NCBI GenBank assembly: GCA_040377305.1
Contig: JBEIPA010000004.1
Location: 160,001-224,000, forward strand
Source of the DNA: Flavobacteriales bacterium
GTDB taxonomy: Bacteria; Bacteroidota; Bacteroidia; Palsa-965
Reading direction: 5' to 3'
Length of the DNA stretch: 64,000 bases
Positions 48,279-57,515 of the stretch are shown piece after piece; positions within the stretch are counted from its first letter, which is position 1; each line of letters starts with the position of its first letter. Position numbers and translations under genes: made by a program. The notes under the pieces are model-generated. The model was given only the letters and a program-made list of their open reading frames with translations. It was not told the origin of the DNA and searched no databases.

Positions 48279-49829
48279 ATGATCGAAGCGTTCTCCGGAT
48301 TACAATGGTCTTGGCTGCTCAGCGGATTTCTATTCGTTGTTGCAGCAATCATTTTATTTCAGAGAGGAAAAACAACTTTAGCGCTCATCGTTCTAACGGT
48401 CGCAGCTTTTGTGTTGCGGTTGCTGATGACCAATACAGATCCGTTTCTGTACGACTGGGACGAACAGTATCACGCGCTCGTTGCGCAGCACCTTGCATCA
48501 CATCCAGGCACACCTACATTGTATGACGATCCGCAATTGCCGGTCGACATTACGCGCTGGGCGCACAATCACATCTGGCTGCACAAACCGCCACTGTTTC
48601 TTTGGTTGATCGCGATGTCGGTGAAGATATTCGGGGCAACGCCATTCGCCGTGAAGTTGCCATCTGCAATTCTATCTGCGCTGATGGTTCCTGCTTTGTA
48701 TTCAATTGTGAAGCGAACCGTTACAGAGCGTGCAGGATTTATTGCTGCGATTTTACTTGCGGTTCACTCCTACTCTGTTCAGCTCATCAGCGGATTCAGA
48801 AACACAGATCACAACGATGTGATTTTTGCTGCATTCGTTTTGTTCTCTTTCTGGGCCTGGATTCGCTACACGGATTCCGCAAGTAAACGAAACGCAATGC
48901 TTGTCGGATTACTCGTTGGTGGTGCAGTGCTGGTGAAATGGCTTCCGGGAATTCTCGTGTTCGGTCCCTGGGGATTGTGGCTCTTTCAGAAAACACATCG
49001 GAAAGACAGGACGAAATGGATTCATCTCTCCATAGCGGCGCTTTCGGCTGCTGCAGTTGTTTTGCCATGGTACTTTTATATCTATAAAAACTTTCCTGCA
49101 GAAGCCGCTTATGAATCGCAATACAATTGGCTGCACATGACAATCGCAATGGAGGGTCACGAAGGTCCGTGGTATTATCACTTCGATCAGTTCCGCGAGT
49201 TACTCGGCTGGACGTTCGCTATTCTTGCTGTGCCCGGAATATTATTGTTCGCAATTCAGGACACGAAACAAAAGCGCGCACTGTACATCACAGCAGGAGT
49301 TTTGTTTTTCTTCTTCTTCTATACGATCGCAAAAACGAAAATGCCGCTCTTTATGTTGCCGGTAATTCCCTTTTTGCTGGCAGGAATTGCAGTTGTACTG
49401 GATAAGCTTGGAGATGCGATCCTCAGGAAGAAAATTCTGGCAGGAGTTGTTGTGTCTTTCGTTGCCCTGTTCGCGCTTGATGTTCCGTCTATAGTTACCA
49501 ATCACAGCTCACTATCTGAACTGGCATGGTATCGCGATGAAATGCAGGGAACGCGGAACAAAGCGGAATTCTATCTCAGGCAAAAGCAAGAAGCCGGAGA
49601 AACAAGACGCGGCGTTATCTTCAATTTTCCCGAAAACGAACGCGCTGCATTTATGTTTTATACGGGTGATATCGCGTACACGGAGACACCATCGGTTGAT
49701 TCACTGCACATGATCGAAGGAAAAGGATTTGTTGTGAGCGCCTATGAAAATCAGCTCTTACCGGCAGCTTACAAAAGCGACTCTACACTTCGCCTGTACT
49801 TTGGACATTTAACTCCGCCAGCTCAATAA
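48279..49829 (+). CDS. ArnT/PMT_2 family glycosyltransferase
   Basis: Motifs [20 protein letters not shown] and H.GPWYY; multiple TM segments. Confidence 0.88.
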   Translation: MIEAFSGLQWSWLLSGFLFVVAAIILFQRGKTTLALIVLTVAAFVLRLLMTNTDPFLYDWDEQYHALVAQHLASHPGTPTLYDDPQLPVDITRWAHNHIWLHKPPLFLWLIAMSVKIFGATPFAVKLPSAILSALMVPALYSIVKRTVTERAGFIAAILLAVHSYSVQLISGFRNTDHNDVIFAAFVLFSFWAWIRYTDSASKRNAMLVGLLVGGAVLVKWLPGILVFGPWGLWLFQKTHRKDRTKWIHLSIAALSAAAVVLPWYFYIYKNFPAEAAYESQYNWLHMTIAMEGHEGPWYYHFDQFRELLGWTFAILAVPGILLFAIQDTKQKRALYITAGVLFFFFFYTIAKTKMPLFMLPVIPFLLAGIAVVLDKLGDAILRKKILAGVVVSFVALFALDVPSIVTNHSSLSELAWYRDEMQGTRNKAEFYLRQKQEAGETRRGVIFNFPENERAAFMFYTGDIAYTETPSVDSLHMIEGKGFVVSAYENQLLPAAYKSDSTLRLYFGHLTPPAQ

Positions 49830-50589
49830 AGTCGAACTGGTGAACATCAAACAAGTGCGAAGTATGGACGTTTGATAACGCGGTGAGCATCGTTTCTTTG
49901 CGGTTCGGATATTTCTCTTCCCACTCCTGCATCATTTTCTTCATCACTTTGCGCTGCATATTTTCCTGTGAGCCGCACAAGTTGCACGGTATTATCGGGA
50001 ACTGCTTTTCTTCGGCATAAGCTGCAATATCTTCTTCTTTGCAGAATGCGAGCGGACGAATTACAATGTTGCGTTCATCATCGGTCTTGAATTTTGCGGG
50101 CATCGCTTCAAGTTTTCCTGCGAAGAATAGATTCAGGAAGAATGTTTCAAGAACATCTTCCCGATGATGTCCCAAAGCAATTTTCGTAACACCCATTTCT
50201 ACAGCCGCATCATATAGAATCCCGCGACGCAAGCGAGAGCATATCGTGCACATCGTTTTTCCTACAGGCGTTTTCTCGGTCACGATAGAATAGGTGTCGC
50301 GCTCCAGAATTCGGAACGGAACATTCTTCGACGTTAAGTATTCCGGTAAAATATGTTCCGGAAAATCCGGCTGTTTCTGATCAAGATTCACTGCAATAAG
50401 CTCAAAGGAATTATCCATCGCACGTTGCATGTGCAATAGCATATCGAGCATCGTGTAACTGTCTTTTCCTCCGCTCAAACAAGCCATGACTTTATCGCCC
50501 GGCACAATAAGCTGGAATTTCTCCTGCACTTCCCACACGGCTTTTCGCAAACGCTTTTGCAGTAGTTCCGACTCTGAATGTATTGGCAT
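49783..50589 (-). CDS. ttcA: tRNA 2-thiocytidine(32) synthetase
   Basis: PP-loop [27 protein letters not shown] and [11 protein letters not shown]. Confidence 0.95.
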   Translation of the reverse strand: MPIHSESELLQKRLRKAVWEVQEKFQLIVPGDKVMACLSGGKDSYTMLDMLLHMQRAMDNSFELIAVNLDQKQPDFPEHILPEYLTSKNVPFRILERDTYSIVTEKTPVGKTMCTICSRLRRGILYDAAVEMGVTKIALGHHREDVLETFFLNLFFAGKLEAMPAKFKTDDERNIVIRPLAFCKEEDIAAYAEEKQFPIIPCNLCGSQENMQRKVMKKMMQEWEEKYPNRKETMLTALSNVHTSHLFDVHQFDFIELAELNVQSTGEV

Positions 50590-50704
50590 GCCGCAAAGAT
50601 AATGGGTTGCAGCCGCAATCGATCGCCCGAACGCAGCAAAGGGTCGAATCTTCAAAACCGCATTCTGACTCCCCCGTTAAATTTGTTACATAAAATCTGG
50701 TACT

Positions 50705-51427
50705 ATGAAGCCCTTCAAAATTGTCGTCATAATTGTTTTTACTGCGCTCGCTATTGGCGGGTGCCGCAAAGACAATATCGAAAACGGGCCATTTGCCATT
50801 GAATCGAAAGACTATCTCTCTTCAAAGAAGTATGAGAAAATGCTTGTTGAGATTTGTTACGTCGACGGATATGCTCCTGAACAAGCGTCGATCGATCATC
50901 TCAAATCGTTTCTTCAGGCACGCTGTAATAAGCCGGGCGGAATCACCTTTAATTACACGAGCATTGGATCTCCAGGAAGGAGCACATTCAACATAAGTGA
51001 CCTTGATGAAATTGAGAAAGATCATCGCAAAGAGCATTCGAGAAAAGATCAGCTTGTTGTATTTGTATTCTTTGCAGATGCAGGATACAGTTCAGCGAAC
51101 ATCCTGGGAGTTGCTTACGGAACTACATCATGCGCGATATTTGAAAAACCCGTAAAAGATAATTCGGGCGGCATTGGTCAACCAACTCAATTTGTGCTCG
51201 AGGCTACTGTTCTCGAACATGAATTCGGTCACTTGTTAGGCTTGGTTGACAACGGAACAGACATGGTTACGGCGCATTCAGCGAACGATCGCCATTGTAA
51301 CAACGAAGACTGTTTAATGTATTACGCAGTTGAAACAATGGACTTCCTTGGCAACCTTGCCGGGGGCGATATCCCGGAACTCGACGCGAATTGCATTAAA
51401 GACCTGCAGGCGAACGGAGGAAAATAA
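50705..51427 (+). CDS. Zinc metalloprotease lipoprotein (HExxH)
   Basis: Lipobox IGGC, HEFGHLLGL and HC...CLM. Confidence 0.85.
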   Translation: MKPFKIVVIIVFTALAIGGCRKDNIENGPFAIESKDYLSSKKYEKMLVEICYVDGYAPEQASIDHLKSFLQARCNKPGGITFNYTSIGSPGRSTFNISDLDEIEKDHRKEHSRKDQLVVFVFFADAGYSSANILGVAYGTTSCAIFEKPVKDNSGGIGQPTQFVLEATVLEHEFGHLLGLVDNGTDMVTAHSANDRHCNNEDCLMYYAVETMDFLGNLAGGDIPELDANCIKDLQANGGK

Positions 51428-51452
51428 TTTCTCCACACGTCTTCTATATATG

Positions 51453-51487
51453 CCCCCGGACTTAAGAGGTTCGGGGGTTCCCTTTTT
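51453..51487. terminator. Hairpin between convergent genes
   Basis: Stem cccccggac / gttcggggg (includes a G-U pair). Confidence 0.55.
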
Positions 51488-51495
51488 CAGGCAAT

Positions 51496-52434
51496 TTATT
51501 TTCGTACTGGATTATAGTTTACCGGCTCGCCGCGACCCTTGACGGGGATTAATTCTTTTACACCTTTTCCTCTCAACAGCATGTACTGTATTCCGTCCTT
51601 CGTGGTCATGTAAACGGTGTCACTTCCCATTCCTTCCCAGGTGAATCCTTTGCAGGTGTAATAAGGTGCGTTCAGCATAAGATCATCGTCCAGTTTGTAT
51701 GTGTACGGTGGGAAAGGTTTGTATCCCGTGGTTACGCCCATGCTCCTTGACTTGTCCTTATTGTATCCTTCATCTTGAACTCCACTATGCACAAGCGGTT
51801 TTTTCCACTTAGAGCGATTTGCAGAATCCTCAACGATCACATGCTTAGATCCACCCACGTGCGGGGTTTCATCACCAAGTAAGTACGTATTGTCATGAAC
51901 AAACCTTACAGCAACTGTTTCCCGCACAGCAACTCTGCCTTCGCCCCCACTCTTGAAAATTGAATCCAGATTCGGATCAAGCATTTGTTCGTTGCAGCTG
52001 TCGATACTGTTCTCAAGTCCGCTGCTGTCGGCACTTAGTATTGCCTCTTGCTGAAAACCATCGCCATTTTCATCGTGACCTTCGGTGCTGGTGTGTTGAG
52101 TTGTGTACACGTAGATTGCGATCGCTACCGCAATTGCAACAATTAAACTCGTTAGGGCCCACCAATATTTTTTAAAGAACGACTTCTTGTTCACTGCCGG
52201 CTCATACCTCTCTACTTCATCAAATGCAACTCCGGCAATCGCACCGGCAATAGTTGACTTCATTACGCTGCGTCCTTGTTGTTTCATTCCGCCAAGCATT
52301 GTGTTCAGCCATTGAAATTCAGCGCGCAATTCTTCATTCGCGTTCATTCGCGATGTAAATGCACTTTTCTCTTCGGTGTTCATCTGCGAATGAAAATACC
52401 GGTCGAGATCGCTGTATGTTGATTCGTCAATCAT
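51496..52434 (-). CDS. Putative membrane-anchored anti-sigma factor
   Basis: Overlaps the ECF sigma stop; N-terminal LDRYF...EEKSAF..RM...EEL; a single TM segment. Confidence 0.75.
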   Translation of the reverse strand: MIDESTYSDLDRYFHSQMNTEEKSAFTSRMNANEELRAEFQWLNTMLGGMKQQGRSVMKSTIAGAIAGVAFDEVERYEPAVNKKSFFKKYWWALTSLIVAIAVAIAIYVYTTQHTSTEGHDENGDGFQQEAILSADSSGLENSIDSCNEQMLDPNLDSIFKSGGEGRVAVRETVAVRFVHDNTYLLGDETPHVGGSKHVIVEDSANRSKWKKPLVHSGVQDEGYNKDKSRSMGVTTGYKPFPPYTYKLDDDLMLNAPYYTCKGFTWEGMGSDTVYMTTKDGIQYMLLRGKGVKELIPVKGRGEPVNYNPVRK

Positions 52435-52978
52435 GCGCCGTGTTTGTTGCGTACAACGCTTTTAATTTCTGAATGCATTTATACTTCTGCGCTTTCGCGT
52501 TGTCTGCGTTGGTGTAGTTCAGTTCAGTTGCTATTTCTTCCATCGATTTTTTGAAGTAATAGAACAACAGGAGAATCTTCCTGCAACCAACACCTAGCCT
52601 GCTCATGCTTGTCCGCAGCACTTCATGCTCCACTGAATTTTCTTCTTTCACTTCCTCAACGAGATCGAACTTCTCAAAATCAGTGAAGCGATAGTTTTTC
52701 TTTTTCTTCTCGAGCTGCTTCAGCCATTTGTTTCTGCAAACAGCATAAATCCACGTCTTGAGTGAAGAAGTCAATTCAAAATTCCCCTCGTTCGATTTCT
52801 CATACAACAACACCATGGCTTCCTGAAAAATATCTTTCGCTTCGTCTTCCGTACCGCTGTTGTTGACAATCATGTAGCGCACCATGCCGAAATATTCGAC
52901 ATAGACTTCACGAAAAGCTTTTGAATCGCCATTGCGTATGCGTTCCAGGATATCCGTTTTCACGGCAGAATGGTCCAT
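52427..52978 (-). CDS. ECF-type RNA polymerase sigma factor
   Basis: Region 2 (EAKDIFQEA...LKTWIYAVCRNKW) and region 4 (SMEEIATELNY...KAQKYKC). Confidence 0.93.
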   Translation of the reverse strand: MDHSAVKTDILERIRNGDSKAFREVYVEYFGMVRYMIVNNSGTEDEAKDIFQEAMVLLYEKSNEGNFELTSSLKTWIYAVCRNKWLKQLEKKKKNYRFTDFEKFDLVEEVKEENSVEHEVLRTSMSRLGVGCRKILLLFYYFKKSMEEIATELNYTNADNAKAQKYKCIQKLKALYATNTAHD

Positions 52979-53081
52979 TTGATAGTTTATTCCTCGCGAA
53001 TTCTAAAGGTAACCGGAATCCCGAAGAATATTTTTGACCGCGTATGGTTACTTTTTGGCTACCAAAGCATTAAAAGACAAA

Positions 53082-53176
53082 GCCAATCAATGGGAAAGTG
53101 TTGTGCGTATAGGAGCTACTTTTTCTGAGCGAGATTGATTGGCAGCTCCTCGTTGGCAACATCGGGGAGTTTTTTT
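53082..53176 (+). ncRNA. Candidate structured small RNA or attenuator-like element
   Basis: Perfect 10-bp stem 53082-53091 / 53134-53143, terminator hairpin 53146-53169 with T7, and an alternative 7-bp pairing 53111-53117 / 53144-53150. Confidence 0.45.
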
Positions 53177-53315
53177 GTCATGCCCGGCGACGAGCACGTT
53201 TTTCGAGAGCCTCTATAAAAGCAAAAAGCAGTACTGCCAACCCTGATGCGCTGTAAGCGATCAGGATCCCGACTTAAACGTCGGGATTGCAATACTGCGT
53301 CCTGCCTGCTGTTTC

Positions 53316-53332
53316 GAGGTCCCGAGCGGATT
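53316..53332. repeat. 17-bp duplicate of the tRNA-Cys 3' end (att-like)
   Basis: gaggtcccgagcggatt is identical at 53316-53332 and 53491-53507. Confidence 0.9.
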
Positions 53333-53448
53333 ACTTGCGTGATCCGCATTGGGAAGCCTAAAGTCAAAATTCAAATGCTCCGCTTCGCTACTTTTCATTT
53401 CACGTCTGGCTGCTCTGAAGCAAGCTTCTCGCACCCTTCCATAAAATG

Positions 53449-53475
53449 AAAAACCTCACGCGAAAAGCGTGAGGT
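53449..53475 (-). terminator. Terminator of tRNA-Cys
   Basis: Stem acctcacg / cgtgaggt with an A run on the + strand. Confidence 0.75.
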
Positions 53476-53491
53476 GCATTTGAATTTATTG

Positions 53492-53562
53492 AGGTCCCGA
53501 GCGGATTCGAACCGCTGTAGCAGCTTTTGCAGAGCTGAGCCTAGCCACTCGGCCACAGGACC
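53492..53562 (-). tRNA. tRNA-Cys (GCA)
   Basis: GGTCCTG acceptor stem, anticodon arm CAGCT-CTGCAAA-AGCTG, T-loop GGTTCGAATCC, U discriminator. Confidence 0.97.
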
Positions 53563-53657
53563 TTTTATTTTCTCAAACTATTACAGCCTTTGTGGAGCAG
53601 CATTATTTTGAGAGGGACACAAAAGTAATAAAAACGGGCAAACGACGGCACAATTGA

Positions 53658-54965
53658 TTAACGCACAACCGAGAATTGGCTTTTAACCCGTTGACCAGCA
53701 ATCTCTGTTTCTGCGTAATAGATTCCTTCCGCAAAGCCGCCAGTTTCGATACGAACCTCGGTTGTGGTAGGAATGAATGGGTACGTGCCTTTGAGTCGCC
53801 CAAGCGCGTCGTAAATGTGAATCTCGCCACTGTTACGCGATGGTTCCGAAAAACGGAAGGTACACCAATCTGTAGTCGGATTAGGTGCCACAGTTATTGT
53901 AACGGGATTAATTCCATACATCGCAATACCAGTGAGCACATTATCGCAGCTATCGACAGCCCAGATATTGGTATTGGTTGCCGACACACAGTTGTTGCAC
54001 ATAATGCGCTTGATAAAGCAACTCGAACGTTTTATAATGCTCTGCTTCGGGTATGAACAGTGATTAACACTATTCACTACGGTATTCAGTTCTGTGCATA
54101 CGCCCATGTTTGTTAGGCGAGTGTTCACCAGCTGTGATCCGTCTGCATAATAGAAGGGCTGACAAAGGCAACTAATTACCTGGCCGCTCGCGTAGGGCAC
54201 AACACAGTCGAGCTGATCATGAAAACTGATCACGGGAATTGTTCCGTTGTTCATCAATGCACTATCATTTGCAATAGCACCGCAATTGTCAATGAGTCCG
54301 CGCACAACCCAGGTATTCGGAAGAGAATTTCCAGCTGTATCAAGTGTGCCCACTGCGGCAACAGCCCATGAGCAAAATGAATTTGCTTCTGCCTGATTCC
54401 AGAATGTAGCGTGGTACGCTGTAATTGCACCTGCGCTTTCTCCGCCAATGAATAACTTGTTCGCATCCGCATTCCAAGTTGCGCAATTCGCATTGATGTA
54501 ACGTAAAGCCGCGCGACCATCTTGTGCAGCTGCGTACGTCGCCGTTTTCAGATCGAGATTATTTCCCTGACAAAACACGCAGACGCCCAGCAAATCGGTA
54601 GCTGCACAATTCCATCCAAGGCGATATTGAATGGTAGCTGCAACAAATCCACGACGTGCATATTCCATGCACTCGTAAGCCATGTCGTTGCGATTGCCCC
54701 CGAGAAATGCGCCCCCGTGAATCAGCAGAATGAATGGCCGGTTCTGCATGGTGTCTGCAGTTGCAGATGGATAATAAACATCCATCATCAGACTTTGTGT
54801 TACGCCGGTGAAATAGTTTTTCGAAACGGCGTAAACAATATTGGAGTCTTTACGGATTTCAGAACTGTCGAACATGGGTGTTTCTGAAAATCGGCCGGGA
54901 TAACAGACCTGTGCGGAAAGTTTTAGCGCGAAAAGCAGCAGCAGTGGTAGTAGGAATTTTTTCAT
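53658..54965 (-). CDS. T9SS-secreted alpha/beta hydrolase (carboxylesterase/lipase)
   Basis: HGGAF oxyanion motif, GESAG nucleophile, D..VP and a VAPNP CTD. Confidence 0.88.
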   Translation of the reverse strand: MKKFLLPLLLLFALKLSAQVCYPGRFSETPMFDSSEIRKDSNIVYAVSKNYFTGVTQSLMMDVYYPSATADTMQNRPFILLIHGGAFLGGNRNDMAYECMEYARRGFVAATIQYRLGWNCAATDLLGVCVFCQGNNLDLKTATYAAAQDGRAALRYINANCATWNADANKLFIGGESAGAITAYHATFWNQAEANSFCSWAVAAVGTLDTAGNSLPNTWVVRGLIDNCGAIANDSALMNNGTIPVISFHDQLDCVVPYASGQVISCLCQPFYYADGSQLVNTRLTNMGVCTELNTVVNSVNHCSYPKQSIIKRSSCFIKRIMCNNCVSATNTNIWAVDSCDNVLTGIAMYGINPVTITVAPNPTTDWCTFRFSEPSRNSGEIHIYDALGRLKGTYPFIPTTTEVRIETGGFAEGIYYAETEIAGQRVKSQFSVVR

Positions 54966-54976
54966 TTATAGGGTTA

Positions 54977-55327
54977 TTATGCAATTATCTCAACACTTAC
55001 ATGATCAACAGCGCCATTCATCGGCGGATTGATCTTCGTCACCCGTACCAGAAACGAACCCACTTTCGGGTAGTGCATTCTCAGATTGGTTCCTATACGG
55101 CGCGCCACATGCTCAATCAATTTCGAACGAATTGCCATTTCTGCTTTCACTGAATCGTGAATGATGCAGTAGTCAACAGTATCTGTCAGTTCATCCGATT
55201 TTTCTGCCGAGGAGAAATCCGTTTCAACACGAACATCCACAATATATTCTCCGCCGATCTTTCCCTCTTCAGGCAAACATCCGTGGTATGCGTACACTCG
55301 AATTCCGTTTACGTTTATTATGCCCAT
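54977..55327 (-). CDS. folB: Dihydroneopterin aldolase
   Basis: Motifs YAYHGCLPEE, TVDY, LIEHVA and K.NPP. Confidence 0.95.
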   Translation of the reverse strand: MGIINVNGIRVYAYHGCLPEEGKIGGEYIVDVRVETDFSSAEKSDELTDTVDYCIIHDSVKAEMAIRSKLIEHVARRIGTNLRMHYPKVGSFLVRVTKINPPMNGAVDHVSVEIIA

Positions 55328-55348
55328 CAGCTAATCAGAAATTAGAAA

Positions 55349-57385
55349 TCAGCTAATCGAATTTACCGCGCGATCAAGTCTCTGGACAACTACATCTTTT
55401 CCCAGAAGAGCAACCATTTCAAACAACACCGGCCCACCTCCTGCTCCACTTACACAAACACGGAACAACTGCATTACACTGCCCGGATTTGTTCCGGTTG
55501 CTTCTGCAGTATTCTTAAAAACGCCCTCAAACAAAGCAGCAGCAACTACTCGATTACCTGAATCCGGGGAGTAAATCATTTCTTTTATTTGATCATCATT
55601 CGCATCGAAAGCTGCATAAGCATCACGTAGAGCTTCAATAAACAATTTGGATGAAGGATTCCAGCGCTTCTTGATCACAGTGTCATCGTAACTGATAGGA
55701 GCCTCAAAGAAGAATCTTCCATCTCGAATTATTTCGCTAGTGAAGGTCACCTTTTCCTTCATTAAACGACAGACTTCTTGTAAGTAGTTGATGTGTAGAT
55801 TGCCTCCCTGTCGACTACAATGAGTGGAAAATGCTTCAAAGTTTAATGCAATATTTTCTCCGGGTTCGACGACTGTTTGAAAAGACGTCTGCGCGTGAAG
55901 CATAACATTCACAGGGAACTCAACAACAGGAATTTTGGAATTAATCGAATGAACAACAGGCAAGAACACCTCTTCGGACCAAGGAGATTTGAGCGTTAAT
56001 TCATTCCCAAGTTGCTTGTGTGATGAGGAATGATAGTTTAAGGCAACCAAAATACTAGGCTCAGAACGCAGCGTATTTTTAAAAGTTTCGTAACTAATTT
56101 GTGCTGACCGCTCTACAATAACGCCTTCCGGAATACTTTCATTAGCAAAGAGACGGACGGTTTTTTTCTCAGTGGTCGGGTTGGATATCCGAAGTTGCAA
56201 ATCGTAGCGCGTTCCACTTAAGGGCGTATTTTTCAAAAAAGACTCCTGATAAACTTGTGGTAAAATCTCAAATGCCAGTTCGAGATCAGTCTTCATTCTC
56301 AAATATTGTTGATTAAACCACTTTGTCTTTTCCGCATCAAACTTCGCTCCCGACTTGCTCACGCGCTCCAGTGAAAACTCCTGTATCAATTCCTCTTTCG
56401 AGAAAATCTCCTGGTTCCCGCTGCTGTGCCAGCCGAGCAAGGCAAGCATGTTGATAAACGCTTCCGGGAAATATCCGCTCTCACGATAGCCGGTGAAAAT
56501 TTCCGGCTGCCCGGTTTTTACATCTGGCAACGTGCCGCTCAGCGGAAACACGGGAAATCCTAATCGATCTCCGTCGCGCTTGCTTAGCTTTCCGTTTCCA
56601 TCAGGACGTAACAACAAGGGCAAGTGAGAGAACTGCGGCATTACATCTTCCCATCCGAGAAAACGATACAGCAATACGTGCAACGGCGCAGACGGCAACC
56701 ACTCTTCACCGCGAATGACGTGCGTGATTTTCATCGAGTAATCATCCACAATATTCGCCAGGTGATACGTTGGCATTCCGTCGCTCTTGAACAAAACCTT
56801 GTCATCAAGCTGTGATGTGTGCACGACAACCCAGCCACGAATCAAGTCATTGAAACGAACTTCTTCGTTGCGGGGAATTTTTGTACGGACTACATACGGC
56901 TCTCCGGCAGCAATTCTGCGGTTGACTTCATCTTCAGAAAGGGTCAATGAATTCTTCAGCTCCTGACGTGTCAGACCGTTGTACGCAAACGTCTTCTTCA
57001 TTTTCTCGTAACGCTCACGCTGCTCATCAAGTTCTTCTTTCGTGTCGAACGCGTAGTAAGCATTTCCGGAATCAATGAGTTTCTTCGCATACTCCTCATA
57101 AACGCCTTGTTCCTTGCGCACACTTTGCTTGTACGGCGCACAGGGGCCATCACCGAATCCAACTCCTTCGTTGGGCTCAATGCCGCACCACTTCAATGCT
57201 TCAATGATGTATTCTTCTGCTCCCGGAACAAAGCGCTCCTGGTCAGTGTCTTCGATGCGAAGAATAAAATCTCCGCCATGTTTCTTTGCAAAAAGATAAT
57301 TGTACAGCGCAGTCCGCACTCCGCCCATGTGAAGCGGACCTGTTGGACTTGGCGCAAATCGTACGCGAACTCTACGGTTTTCCAT
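55349..57385 (-). CDS. gltX: Glutamate--tRNA ligase with a large insertion in the anticodon-binding region
   Basis: RFAPSPTGPLHMGG (HIGH), LRIEDTD, HVIRGEEW and KLSKR (KMSKS); 678 aa. Confidence 0.95.
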   Translation of the reverse strand: MENRRVRVRFAPSPTGPLHMGGVRTALYNYLFAKKHGGDFILRIEDTDQERFVPGAEEYIIEALKWCGIEPNEGVGFGDGPCAPYKQSVRKEQGVYEEYAKKLIDSGNAYYAFDTKEELDEQRERYEKMKKTFAYNGLTRQELKNSLTLSEDEVNRRIAAGEPYVVRTKIPRNEEVRFNDLIRGWVVVHTSQLDDKVLFKSDGMPTYHLANIVDDYSMKITHVIRGEEWLPSAPLHVLLYRFLGWEDVMPQFSHLPLLLRPDGNGKLSKRDGDRLGFPVFPLSGTLPDVKTGQPEIFTGYRESGYFPEAFINMLALLGWHSSGNQEIFSKEELIQEFSLERVSKSGAKFDAEKTKWFNQQYLRMKTDLELAFEILPQVYQESFLKNTPLSGTRYDLQLRISNPTTEKKTVRLFANESIPEGVIVERSAQISYETFKNTLRSEPSILVALNYHSSSHKQLGNELTLKSPWSEEVFLPVVHSINSKIPVVEFPVNVMLHAQTSFQTVVEPGENIALNFEAFSTHCSRQGGNLHINYLQEVCRLMKEKVTFTSEIIRDGRFFFEAPISYDDTVIKKRWNPSSKLFIEALRDAYAAFDANDDQIKEMIYSPDSGNRVVAAALFEGVFKNTAEATGTNPGSVMQLFRVCVSGAGGGPVLFEMVALLGKDVVVQRLDRAVNSIS

Positions 57386-57515
57386 TGGACTGCAAAGATA
57401 TGCGTTTCAATAGGCAGTTGGCAGTTGTGCGGCAAGCAGAATTATAAACCGAAATAATGTTGACTGCCTACTGCACTCCTGCAAGACTGCCTTCTGTATT
57501 GCTATCTTTGCGCGA

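Noticed and set aside
49783-49829. 47-bp convergent overlap of the ArnT-like gene and ttcA
   Set aside because: Short tail-to-tail overlaps are common; no further signal.
53090-53128. Classical cysteine attenuator (leader peptide with Cys-Cys)
   Set aside because: No cysteine-related gene follows on the plus strand and tRNA-Cys is on the opposite strand. Kept only as part of the sRNA/switch finding.
53316-53562. Prophage or ICE at tRNA-Cys
   Set aside because: The direct repeats are only 175 bp apart and there are no integrase or phage genes in the window.
55795-56250. Intein or intron explanation for the gltX insert
   Set aside because: No Cys/Ser start paired with a His-Asn end plus a C/S/T +1 residue, no LAGLIDADG or HNH motif, and the frame is uninterrupted.
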